Assembly: GCA_052327205.1 (NCBI GenBank) | Contig: JBMRGM010000043.1 | Location: forward strand, 31,496,001 to 31,560,000 | DNA from: Somniosus microcephalus | Lineage: Eukaryota | DNA: 64,000 nt | Direction: 5' to 3' | In this document: piece by piece, positions 1-11,459 of the stretch | Position numbering within the stretch: the first letter of the stretch is position 1 | How the letters are laid out: the number at the start of each line of letters is the position of its first letter | The notes under the pieces: generated by a model | Database searches by the model: none | What the model was told of the DNA's origin: nothing | Seen by the model: only the letters and a program-made list of their open reading frames with translations | Program-made: the position numbers and the translations under genes

Positions 1-142
1 ATTTTGGTCAACAGCCCGCCAAAAGTTAGCGCCTGTTTGGGACACTGAGTAGAAATAACCACTCTATTTATTACAGTGGATATTTCATAGATTAGAAGTT
101 CAATATTTCTAACAACAAATTCCTTTTAATGTCTTTCTGCAG

Positions 143-376
143 CTTCTGGACCGGAAGTGCTGGTTAGTTATCCCAGCAGTGGAGTCGTAAAGGAAGGAGA
201 TACATTTAAACTGCAGGGCCGATACACTTATTGGTGGAAAAATAATGAAAAGTTACCTGAATCTTATGGGGATATTTATGAATCGCTTGTCGACAGTAGC
301 AGTGGCGGCTCTGACCAGTGTGAAATGTTTTCGGTAGAATGGCGGAGGAGTGAGACTTTGGAAGTGGTCACCATCG
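143..376 (+). CDS. Copy A Ig exon 1 (degenerate C2-type Ig domain)
   Basis: ttctgcAG acceptor, G/GTAGGT donor, 234 nt open; VKEGDTFKLQGRYTYWWKNNEK...SGGSDQCE...SETLEV. The B-strand Cys position reads Gly and YxC reads DQC. Confidence 0.7.
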
Positions 377-1088
377 GTAGGTGAACTTTGACACTTAAAA
401 TCTGTATTTATCTACCGTCTTTCACGACCTCCGATAGCACCATAGTGGGCAGCGAGTGAGCCAGGCCTATTGTTGATTATTGGCTGCTGAGTCAAACCGC
501 TGGAAGTGGCCAGCTTCGGTCGCTGAACTTTGACCCATAGTCAGCTCAGCTCTTGTCCCGAAAGGTTACGTTTTTAAAGAGGCCTCTCACTAAATCGTAA
601 GACAGTGTAGCAAACATATTATATACTTGAACAAAATTGCCAAATGTTCACCGGGGTGAAGCGTGCGGCCAGTCCACAAAACTGAAGTCCCTCTTCCCTG
701 ATACCATTCTGGTGCAACTCCCTTCAACCAGCTCTGTTCTAAATAGAACAATCCCAGCTCCTTTAGTCTCACCACACCTGATGAACAAATAAAAGTCGCT
801 CCTTGAGAGAGGGCCGAGTTTGTTGCTCATTTGTAGAATCGGGTTTCTAAGTAAAAGTTATTTGATGAACGTTTGCAGGACAACATACGGGGAGTCAGCT
901 GAACATTAGAAGGGACACGTGACTTTATAATGCCACACCTGTCGCTATGGCTTTTCGGGTTATAGATGTGTTCATTACTGAAGTGATTAGTATAGCTGCA
1001 CTTTAAAGGAAATATACTATAGGATGTCATACATGTAATTTAACATATTCCAATTTGTACTTACTTAATATTTCTTTCATACTGTCAG

Positions 1089-1349
1089 CTTCTGATATGA
1101 TTATAACTCTTAAAGTAAATCCAAGAGCCGCGCTGTCAGGAGAACCAATTATCCTGAATTGTTTGGTGTCTGACCAGAAAGGGACAGGATACTTCCTGTG
1201 GTATCAGAAAGAAGAGATAATAATTGGAATTTTTCAATCTCAATACATCATAGCTAAAGTGGATATTGCAGATGAGGCATCTTATCGGTGCGAACACAGA
1301 ATATGCTACAGGAAGTGGCTCTCACCGGAAGTTAACCTCACCATAACAG
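1089..1349 (+). CDS. Copy A Ig exon 2 (FcR D1-like)
   Basis: AG/GT bounded, 261 nt, open; GEPIILNC...WYQK...DEASYRC...SPEVNLTIT; paralog at 33063-33344. Confidence 0.85.
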
Positions 1350-2908
1350 GTTAATCCCTGGTTTGGTTGTTTTCCTCCAAAATTTGCTGCTTGGTAATTT
1401 GCGGAAAGATGGAAAATGAATCGAAGTGCATTCTTTGACCAGAAAAGTTCTGATGAAATTGGTAAATATTTGCAATTACTGGGAAAACATCCCAAGCTGG
1501 GCACTTTAGGCAAGTTTCTGGGTCGCATGTGGCAACATAACACACTCTGTTACTGTAAGGGCCCCATGAATCCATAGGAGGGGAGGTCTCCTTCTCGGTT
1601 GCACCTGAGAACTATTGAGAAATGTCGTGGGGGGTCATTTGCAATTCATTTCCGTGCTCTCAAGCTGCTGTGCGATTTCATGTGTAACCCCGTGCTCATA
1701 TCACTGGGACTAGCGTCAGTAATAAGAAGGTGGTTAGAATGTGGAACTCGCTCCCACAGGGAGTAGTTGATGAAACTGCATTTAATGTGAAGATAGGTAG
1801 GCACATGTGGGAGAAAGCAATATATGGATATGTTGCTGGGGTAGATGATGAAAGGTGGCCAAAGACACGTGTTGAGGATAAGCACCTGCATGGACTTATA
1901 GGGCCGAATGACTCTCTGCTGTAAATACTGGGAGCAATTTACTATGAGTCTGGTGGTGGTGATCCAGTTTTCCCCAATAGTTTCCTATCCATTTAGCCAT
2001 GGCGGGCCCCAAGAAAGGGAGGCTCTTGAACAACACTGGTTGTGGAGCTTTCATCGGTTATAATCTGCCAAAGAAAGTCTTTGTGAGGATCCAGGGGCAT
2101 CCTAAAGATATAACAAGGTAGGTAGTTATTTGACTTAAATACTCGCACCTGCCGATCTTAGGTCCTGGAAGACTTTGAACTGCTAATCTTCGGCTGCAGC
2201 CTGAAAGCTCCATTTCAAAGTTAACATGAGTCCATTACCCATGCTCTCGGGCCTACTGTTGTGTTTGTAACCCAATGTAAGACCATCCCAACATAGCAGG
2301 ATTTGATGCTAAAGGATGGGAGTTGGTACCTGAGTCAGGCTTATAGCTGAGGCCTAGAAGCATTGGGGCGCTCCTTTCCTTATGTTCCCAAAGCATTTCT
2401 GGCATCCTGATCCGGCTGGGCGTCTCAGAATGCAAAATGAGCTGGAGTCACTCCTTCCAGAATCTGGTGGGATGGATGGAATGCCCCTCAAAAAATCCGG
2501 TGTAATTTCCATCTTTTGAAATCAATGGAATACATATACGACGGGTTCAGTAAGCAATAAGTGATACTTTGTGCCGGATTTTCTATTCCCTTTTCTGCTT
2601 ATGAGTTTCTGAACCGCTGTACACAACATGGATTATTTCAGAGTTCCAACCTAAGAAGAGCTGTGCCAAATGATGGGGAAGTTCTGCATGAGGAGAGCAA
2701 AATCAATAAACAGCAATTGGAACCATCAGTAAATTCAGCACCAACTGACCACTGCTTCCTTTCTGTTCTGTATTTGCCCCAGCCTGGATTGGAGTTGCGA
2801 TTGGGATTATATAATGTGTCCAATGTATTCGGGCTGTTGTCAAAGCAGTTCTTAGTTTGATTTAATCATTTGTTAAACTAAACCACGAAATTCTTCTCCC
2901 ACCATTAG

Positions 2909-3163
2909 ATCGCAATGTGGCCTTCCAGGTCGACCCATGTTCGGTTTTGGAAGGAGATGTTCTGAATCTGAATTGTCGGTACAGGAAGTATTATTTCTGG
3001 AAATATGTTGGCTTTTTCAAAGGCAATAGAAGGATCCACTCAATGAAGTTGAATCATTGGAATGCTCTGCATAGCATTAGGGTGAATAGTTCAAATGACA
3101 GCGGATCGTACCATTGTACTAATGACAAAAAGATTTCTCGAAGTGTTCATGTTCACGTTCATG
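2909..3163 (+). CDS. Copy A Ig exon 3 (FcR D2-like)
   Basis: AG/GT bounded, 255 nt, open; FQVDPCSVLEGDVLNLNC...VGFFKG...DSGSYHC...SRSVHVHV. Confidence 0.85.
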
Positions 3164-3508
3164 GTATGTATTTCAATTGGTGATATCCCTCTTTAATATT
3201 TATAAATATTACAGATCTGAGAAGTTCTGAATCTGTACTAAATTATACATAGTTCTGTGATTCTGGAATAATGTGCTCACGTTAGATCATATGATGTTTA
3301 TCTAACAATGTGCTACTTTACTCGATATTTAACCCAGGGTGGGTCTCCTCCCATGCCAGCACCAGCAGATTTCCTTCTCCTGCCTCCCCTCCTCGGAGGT
3401 GAATTTGTCGGCTTCTCCCATTACCACCCTGTCACATCTAGAGGCTGACAGAGAGTTTTCTCCCAGGAAATCGAAATATGAAGCTGCCTCTCTTCCTTAA
3501 TTACCACG

Positions 3509-5103
3509 GTGTGGAGATGCCGGTGTTGGACTGGGGTGTACAAATGTAAGAAGTCTCACAACACCAGGCTATAGTCCAAAAGTTTTATTTGAAACCACAA
3601 GCATTCGGAGCGCTGCTCCTTCGTCAGGTGAAGTGGAGAGATGCCTATAGACACAGATTATATAGTCAGTGAATAATGCCAGATGATTACAGGTAATCTT
3701 TCTAACTGCCATTTATCACACCTCGGCAGAGAGATAATCACAGCAATCAAAGGTGTGAATGGTGTCCAAACAGGTCAGTCAGGAAAACATTACATCGAAG
3801 AACAATGAGGTGGGGTCACAAGGGCTAATATGTTGCAGATGCTGGGGTCTGTAAGAAAAACAAAAAGCAGACAAAAACATTTTCTTTGCTGGAAATCACA
3901 GCAGGTCCGGCCGCACCTGTGTAGAGAGAACAAGCCAACGACGACTCGAGTCTGGAAGACCCTACATCAGGTGCGGTTACATGTAGCGTGACATGATCCC
4001 GAGATCCCGGTTGAGGCCCTACTCATGAGTTAGGAACTTGGCTATCAGTTTCTGCTCTACCATTTTGCATTGTCGTGTGTCTCGAAGGCCGCCTTGGAGA
4101 ATGCTTACGTGAAGATCGGAGGCTGAATGTCCTTGAGCACATCGCTAAGTCCATCTCCACGCCTCCACTACTCACCTTCTAACAGCTGCCTAACCTCAAA
4201 CAGACCATTGTTCGCAGCTTTCAGGAGATCAGCGGCCATGACACCACACAACTCTGCCATGGCAACCTTTCCAACACATGCCAGATCATCAACACAGATA
4301 CCATCATCACACGTGAGGACACCACCCACCAGGTACATGGTACATACTCATGTGACTCGGCCAACGTTGTCTACCTCATACGTTGCAGGAAAGGATGCCC
4401 CGGAGCATGTTACATTGGCGAGACAATGCAGAAACTGCGACAACGGATGAACGCACACCACGCAACAATCGCCAGGCAGGAGTGTTCCCTCCCAGTCAGG
4501 GAACACTTCAGCAGTCAAGGACATTCGGCCTCCGATCTTCGGGTAAGCATTCTCCAAGGCGGCCTTCCAGACACATGACAATGCAAAATCATACAGCAGA
4601 AACTGACAGCCAAGTTCCGCACTCATGAGGACGGCCTCAACCGGGATCTTGGGTTCATGTCACGCTACATGTAATCCCACCTGACGAAGGGTCATCCAGA
4701 CTCGAGTCCTCGTTGGCTTGTTCTCTGTACACAGATGCGGCAGGACCTGCTGTGATTTCCAGCAAAGAAAATGTTTTTTTCTGTTTTTTGTTTTTCATAC
4801 AGACCCCAGCATCTGCAACATTTTACCCCTTGTGACCCCACCTCATTGTTCTTTGATGTAATGTTTTCCTGACTGACCTGTTTGGACACCATTCACACCT
4901 TTCATTGCTGTGATTATCTCTCTGCCGAGGTGTGATAAATGGCAGTTAGAAAGATTACCTGTAATCATCTGGCATTATTCTCTGACTATATATTCTATGT
5001 GTATAGGCATCTCTCCACTTCACCTGACGAAGGAGCAGCGCTCCGAAAGCTTGTGATTTCAAATAAAACTGTTGGACTATAACCTGGTGTTGTGTGACTT
5101 CCA
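3509..5103 (+). mobile_element. Penelope-like retroelement, 5'-truncated, with inverted pseudo-LTR
   Basis: GIY-YIG remnant near 4345-4580 (SCDSANVVYLIRCRKGCPGACYIGETMQKLRQRMNAH); arms 3551-4136 and 4515-5100 are inverted; imperfect TSD aat(t/a)accacg; absent from copy B near 37630. Confidence 0.85.
5020..5056 (+). ncRNA. Minimal type I hammerhead ribozyme motif in Penelope pLTR
   Basis: TCAC-CTGACGA-aGGAGCagcGCTCC-GAAA-GCTT-GTGA: core boxes, stem II, stem I (TCAC/GTGA), palindromic AAGCTT in place of stem III. Confidence 0.7.
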
Positions 5104-5809
5104 AATAACCACGATGAGGAGTTAACAAAAAGTACCAGCAGGTCCACGTGAGCCCCTGAAACTTCAGTGGTGGGTCCGCTGATGGACTTTGTGGAAGGAT
5201 AGAATAAGCAGTGAGCTCCTCTCCACTCTGTTTTGCTATTTTCACTTACGTGTTTGACGTAAGCTTAGATACAGACTCCTAATGAACTATGGGAGCAGAT
5301 TCCCTTGGATGTCCTTGTCATCACAGCGGGTGATTTGTATCATCACTGATCCATCGCCCTGGCCATGAGAATCCAGATTCTTTGTAATTTCAGATGGTGA
5401 CAGCTGAGCTGGGGGCTGGCTGGGGACAGAGCGATGTAGCTGTGAACATTTGTGGAGTTCACCCTGGTCATAGTAGATAGTGAGACACAGCAGGGTATGG
5501 CTAAAAGAGAAAAGAACTATGGGAGGATTCCTGCTGAAACATATGTCTTGTCCTGTTTGGGATTCCAGTTTCAGCACAATATATTAAGCAGATTAACTTC
5601 TCTGCAAACAACGCAGCGAGAGGAATTCCATAACAATATGGTAATGCTTCCTGCTCCATTGTTCCACAATACAGCTGCTGGTTACCATTAATTGCAGACG
5701 CCCCTCGTGGCGATTCTCGGTATTGCCTTGCTCCTGGTAATAAGCTCTGCTGTTTGTTCAACTCAGTGATCGGAACTGTGACCTGTCAATCCAGATTCTG
5801 TTTTCGCAG

Positions 5810-6086
5810 AACTCTTCTCCAAACCTAAACTGAGGACTGACCCTGCTGGTGAAATATTTGAGGGACACCAGTTAGTATTCATCTGTATTATTGAAACAAT
5901 GCCGGACAGTATTGAGCTTCAATACTCATTTTACAAAAATGGCAAAGCTCTGATATTGACTTCATACAACAACTTTAAGCTTAGAGACAGCTTCTTTGAA
6001 AGACTCGGGGACTTACCTGTGTGAAGCAAATGTTTCCTACCACGGTGTGAAAAAGAAGAGTGATGAGGTTTCCATTGAGGTTAAAT
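5810..6086 (+). pseudogene. Copy A Ig exon 4 (FcR/FCRL D3-like), frameshifted
   Basis: ELFSKPKLRTDPAGEIFEGHQLVFIC...LQYSFYKNG then DSGTYLCEA in another frame; 277 nt; 2 nt missing near 5982 relative to copy B. Confidence 0.85.
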
Positions 6087-7398
6087 GTAATTACAGCCAG
6101 CTGTAATTATTGTTCATCTTTGATTTAATGGGGCTTATAGTTAAATAAACATACGGGAGGGATCCAGTCTGGTAAAGGATTTACCCACATGTTTATCACG
6201 TAATAACTCAATTTTGAATGCAACATGTTTAAATCATAGCGCCATCTGGTTATTAGACTATCCATACATTTGCTGAAAACCGAATTTGTAAAAGCTGCAA
6301 CGTTTGAGGACCAGTGCCCACTCCCAGTGGGTAATATAATCTTCTTGCAATAGTGTGGAATTGGGCGCTATTCAATTTACCTCCCATTATATGTCCAGTC
6401 CGTTTTTGCCTCCATTAATTTTCAATGGACGGGAAAATCATGCGTAGTGTAGAATTGGTGCAAATTTCGGTATCATGCGTTTTAACCCATGGCCCAAAGC
6501 TAAAGTTACCACCTCTGTTTCTGTTTGGCAGATTCAGCAGCGGGCAGAACCTGGTCAGGAACAGCAGGGTGATTAACCAGACAATGCCTTACCACTTACT
6601 AGCCCCGGAAATCTTTTATAGTTGAAAACTCGGGGGTAAAGTTTAACATTGAGAGCGCTAAATTCGATCGGCAGAAAATGGAATTGAAATTGGCCTCTGT
6701 TTGTAAAGGGTGACCAATCTGCTCCACCGGTTTTGCACCCCAGACAACTTGAATTTTCACCCCCTCCAATTTCAGTAGAGGTGGCGGCAAAACGCCCGAG
6801 GTCACTAAAGTCTGTGCCTCTGATGCCCGGGGATTCCTTCCCACTCCGTTAGATCCGGCCAATCATAACTCTAGCTTCGCATTTTCCACGCAGCAGGCAA
6901 TCTGAACACAAGGTGGGAGTTATCAATCCTGTGTCGGCAGTGTATTTCAGAAATATTGTATTGTCAGTAGCTGAGCGTTTAACATGAATGTCCTAAAATT
7001 TGCAGGTGCTGCAACAATGATCAAGGTTATTTCAGTATTTAAGACCGGGGAGTAAAGCATCGCCTGGGCGGAGAGCTGAGTTCAAATGGTGGAGAGTTGG
7101 GGAATAATCTCAAAGGACTCGTAGGATGGTTCTTCCATTCATTTCAATGGAAGGGTTAACTGGTTCCCCAATCTAGCCACGACAGATTGTTCAGATCTCA
7201 GGTGATAACTCTGTCGGTGTCCCAAACTGCATATTCCCGTAGCAGAGCGCAATCAAGGATTATTGAAAGCCTCTTTCTCTGAGCCGCTGTCGGCGTTTCA
7301 TTGTTCTGCTCATTAACATGAGTTGTCCAAACACATAAATTGTTAAGTCTGTGATGGATGTGGAAACCGGAAAATCCACATGTCATTCTATTTTATAG

Positions 7399-7677
7399 AG
7401 GTCTTCTCCATACCTACAGTGAGGGCTGAGTCTGGAACTCAATTATTTGAGGGCCAACAGTTAAATCTCATCTGTTTTGTTAAAATATTTCGATCCAATA
7501 CTTCCTTGAGACTCATATTTTACAAGGATGGACAATCTCTCACTTCAGCGGCAGACCACAACTATTACATCAAGGAAACATCCCTGCCGGACGATTCGGG
7601 GATTTACCAGTGTGAAGCAATTAATTTGAACAGTGCTCAGTTTCTTTAGCTCAATCAGGTTTCCGTTTCAGTCGGAC
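7399..7677 (+). pseudogene. Copy A Ig exon 5 (D3-like) with premature stop
   Basis: EVFSIPTVRAESGTQLFEGQQLNLIC...FYKDG...DSGIYQCEA; 279 nt; TAG at 7647-7649 lies inside a micro-inversion. Confidence 0.85.
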
Positions 7678-8069
7678 GTGAGTAAAATTTAAGATAATTG
7701 TTTATCACTTTTAAAGAGAACATGAACATCATAGAAAACGGGCGGCTCTGATTCAACATATCACCAGGGAAGTAAAATTGTTTTCTCCAGGATAGACTTG
7801 AGGTACTGGGACTAACACTACCGGATTAGCCATGGCTAAGGATTATTTAATTAGTGTTTTTTACATGCCAATTGCGAGATAGGGCGATTCTGGAAATGTA
7901 TTCTCTCTGATTGCAAAGACAGGAAGGAGGGATCAGTAATATTTAATTATCATTAAATCGGGAAGGTAGCACTTTGAAGTACGTTCTTTACATAGACGAG
8001 TGCTGGAACATAGAATGATTTGCCAGGTGGAGCGGTGGAGTTAGTTACCATAGAATTAATGTAGAGTAG

Positions 8070-8295
8070 TGTGGTAAACCACTGTTTGTATACTGTTTGC
8101 ATTCCATTGTGTACATGCCTGGACATGCCTCGGCTGACTCCTCCCACAAGTCCTAGTATAAAGGTGGCTGCTCCCCAGCCCTTTGTATTTCTGGACCGGT
8201 CGACCACTCGAGGCAGACCTCCATTCTTTTGTTAATAAAAGCCTTTAGTTACTCTCCTAACTCTCAGTCTTTTATGAGTAATTGATAGCGCATCA
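8070..8295 (+). mobile_element. Solo LTR related to the Gypsy element at 45614-49902
   Basis: TG...CA, 5-bp TSD AGTAG (8065-8069, 8296-8300), starts TGTGGTAAACCACTGT like the Gypsy LTR, TATAAA and AATAAA; empty site in copy B near 43490. Confidence 0.85.
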
Positions 8296-8903
8296 AGTAG
8301 TTTTTATGGTACTGGAATAGTGCATTGCTCCTGCCTTTCAATAGCAATGAGAAGGGAAACTGGGTGTGGTGTATGATGAGCGGATAATTCCACGCGCTGC
8401 ATTTCACACCATCTTGTAAAATTCAAAATACCCTCCGAGTTGTTCAGCATGAAACTCAGTGCAAGTTGTACTGTTGGCTCATTGTCACCACCACAATGAT
8501 GCCGGTGACAAAGGAACGCTGCACATGAGTGTTTCAGTGCATGAACGAACCTACCGGAAACAATTATCTTGTTTGTTAGCGCAAAAATATTACCGTCCAC
8601 TTGCTATATTCCTCGTTTGATATACAGTCCTGTTGAAGACTTTCAATTTTGGAAGAAAACCTACTCTTTGGAGTTATGTGCAGAAACTTTAGGTAGAACG
8701 AATATTCGATATCAGTGACGGTACATCGCAAGGGCAAATCTGAACTAAATATATTCGCCAATGCATTTGCAGCTGATCAGCAATTCTTGATTTATTTATT
8801 TATCTGATTTAATCTAAGTTAGTACTCAATATAGGCTTCAATTTTGAATTGTAACTTGCAGAATTAATTCTCTACATCTTTAATCTTGTTTGCTTTCGTC
8901 TAG

Positions 8904-9206
8904 TGCCTGTAGCTTGTGCTTCTCTCACTTCCAATACAAACAAAACGGAGATTTCAGCGGGGGACCGTCTCGTTCTCCAGTGCCTGGTGATGAGAGGCAC
9001 TGTACCACTTTTCCGCTGGTACCTGAACAACCAACTGTTAGAAAACACCAGCGATTCTTAACACTTCAACACGGACGGGAGTGAACTCATCATCAATTCA
9101 TTCCAGAAAGGGCATGGAGGGCGCTATCACTGTGTAGCGACCAACAGAGGGATGTATGAAAGGATTTTTAATACAACCAGCAATTATATCGATGTCACTG
9201 CACCAG
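8904..9206 (+). pseudogene. Copy A Ig exon 6 (membrane-proximal, FCRL D4/D5-like) with in-frame TAA
   Basis: VPVACASLTSNTNKTEISAGDRLVLQCLVMRGTVPLFRWYLN...DS*HF...GGRYHCVATN; 303 nt; TAA at 9059-9061; AG/GT bounded. Confidence 0.85.
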
Positions 9207-10521
9207 GTAACTGATTCATTGTGCTTGATATGAATATATCAATAACTTTTCTTTCGGCAAAACAAACAGTATATTGAATTCGCATGATTTATGCCTCAGA
9301 GGACACATCACAACGCAGGTGAACATTTATAAGTTGAACTTATAGACAAGAAATTGAATATTATAAGGGAAAATGTCTCTGAAATAAACTAGCAGCATTT
9401 CCCAAGTGCGTTTTATTACTTGAAATGGACAGGGGAACTACAAGAGCCTTGGAGAGAAAGTGAGAGTGTGAGAGATTGGAAGGGAAAAGAAAGCCCTGTC
9501 TGAAAATAATGGTCCTGTGAAGGTCTTTGAAGCAGGATGTAGTAGAGATGGAAAGAGGATTAATGAGGTGGTTTAGGAGCGTTGAGCCAAAGCACTTTCA
9601 CTAATGGTGTGACGAAGTAAGCGGATAAGTCGAATCGGCCAGAAACAATTGGCTGAATGGTTTAAAGACAGAGAAAAATGTGGACGAGATTTGTCTGAAC
9701 CATGCTGAATATGAGGAGCAGTGGTTTAAATTTGATGCCTTGAAGGACAGGGAGCTCGATGGACAAAATGTCGAGCAGCTTTTATTGTGGCACAGGAAAG
9801 TTTGGATTAGTTGGAGATTGTGGAAGGCCGGGCTTGGAACCGAGAAAGGAACGCATTGAAGTCAATGAGGCGAGAGCTGAACAATCCATGGATCAGTGGT
9901 TCAGGAGTACTAAATGGGGGAGGGAGGAAATCATTTCTATGCAGCTGTTAATATGTCAGAACCTCCTCTGCAAAGCGAATTCGTTGCGGTTGCAGTGATA
10001 GGCGAGTTATTATAAGTATCCCTGTGGCAGAACGCAACAAGTGACGCAAAGACAGATCACCCTGCTTGTGCCGTAAGCTTGGATGGTGTAACATCTTCTT
10101 TGACATCCATCTGTGTGAAGGGAGGCCCTGGTGACACAGGTGAATGACAAAAAAGTACAAGGAATGTCATTTTAACGCATCAAGTTTTTGATTCTGAAAA
10201 CCAGTACAGTTACTTGTCTGTTTAACTTAATAGAACGCTTTGTATAAATGCCAAATAGGGTGAATTTATGCAGATAGGTTAATGCTTCAAATCTTAATAC
10301 CACAAGCAGTCATTTCTGGGCTATAGATTTTAGACTATAATTTGTCGACAGTCGTTGCTAATGTTCTTCAGCTCAAATAGAATATATAGGTTCGAGACAA
10401 TTAATTTTGTTCGATTGGCATCTGTGGAGCACTCGGTCTGCTGTCTCGAGTTATGTTGAAGGCTTCACCCTGATGGCTAATATTAACTTTGGGAGAGGTG
10501 TAACATGAGTTATATCGATTT

Positions 10522-10900
10522 CATAGAATCATAGAGACTGACAGCACAGGAGGAGGCCATTCGGCCCGTCGTACCTGTGCTGGCTCTTACAAAGAGCAGT
10601 CGTCGTGCTGAGCCCCACACCCCCCGCATTTTGTCCATTACCCTCTAAATTCCTCATCCTCAAGTAGCTGCGCGAGTCACGTATAAAATTATTGATGGAA
10701 TGGGCTTCAACCACCTTTGCAGGCGGAGCAATCCAGATCCAGACAATGCACTGAGGTAAAAAAAAGATCATCTCATCTCCCCTCTAAATCGTTTGCCAAT
10801 GCTTTTGAATCTATGACCTCTGATTATTGACCCACTCGCCAGAGGGAATAGTATTTTTCTATCTACTCGATCAAAACCTCTCAAAATCTTGCAATGGCCT
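10522..10900 (-). mobile_element. CR1/L2-type LINE 3' fragment
   Basis: FFLPQCIVWIWIAPPAKVVEAHSINNF-type decayed ORF2 C-terminus and GPNGLLLC 3' tail. Confidence 0.7.
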
Positions 10901-11459
10901 CTCATTGTAAACCCCTCCTGTTATTTCCTTCCTAGTTTATGACTAGCGGATAATTCGACAAGGTGCATTTCCAAACCATCCTGCCAATTTCATGTTACCC
11001 CCTGATGATATAACATGCGCCCAGTGCGATGTCGCCCTTTTATGCTTCCATCCCAGACAGATTTATAAGCTCATGTCCAGACACGTTAGTTAGAACTGAT
11101 ATTCAGAAGGTTAGAACTAACCTATTCAATGGCAACTGGGGATGGGGAACAAATGCTGATCTTGCCAGCGACTCCCAAATCCTGTGAATGAATAAAAGGT
11201 CGACCTCACTGATGGTACGACACAAGGACAATTCGGAATGAATTGTTTGCACCAATGCATTTACAGCTTACCTGAGATTTGAGTTTGAACCTGAACTTGC
11301 TGAATTAATTCCTGGGAACGGAATTAGGGAAGCAGTTCAGGAAAGTAGGACCAGAGTGGATAACAGATTCATTTGAATCAGTCGGAGTTTCTCGAGGTTT
11401 GGATTGGGGACCCAGAAAGGAAGGAATTCTAAAAATCAAATTTAGAGCTGCAAAATCAA

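Noticed and set aside
3509-3540. Minus-strand tRNA-3'-end-like string (CCGGCATCTCCAC)
   Set aside because: Too short, no cloverleaf; sits at the Penelope terminus.
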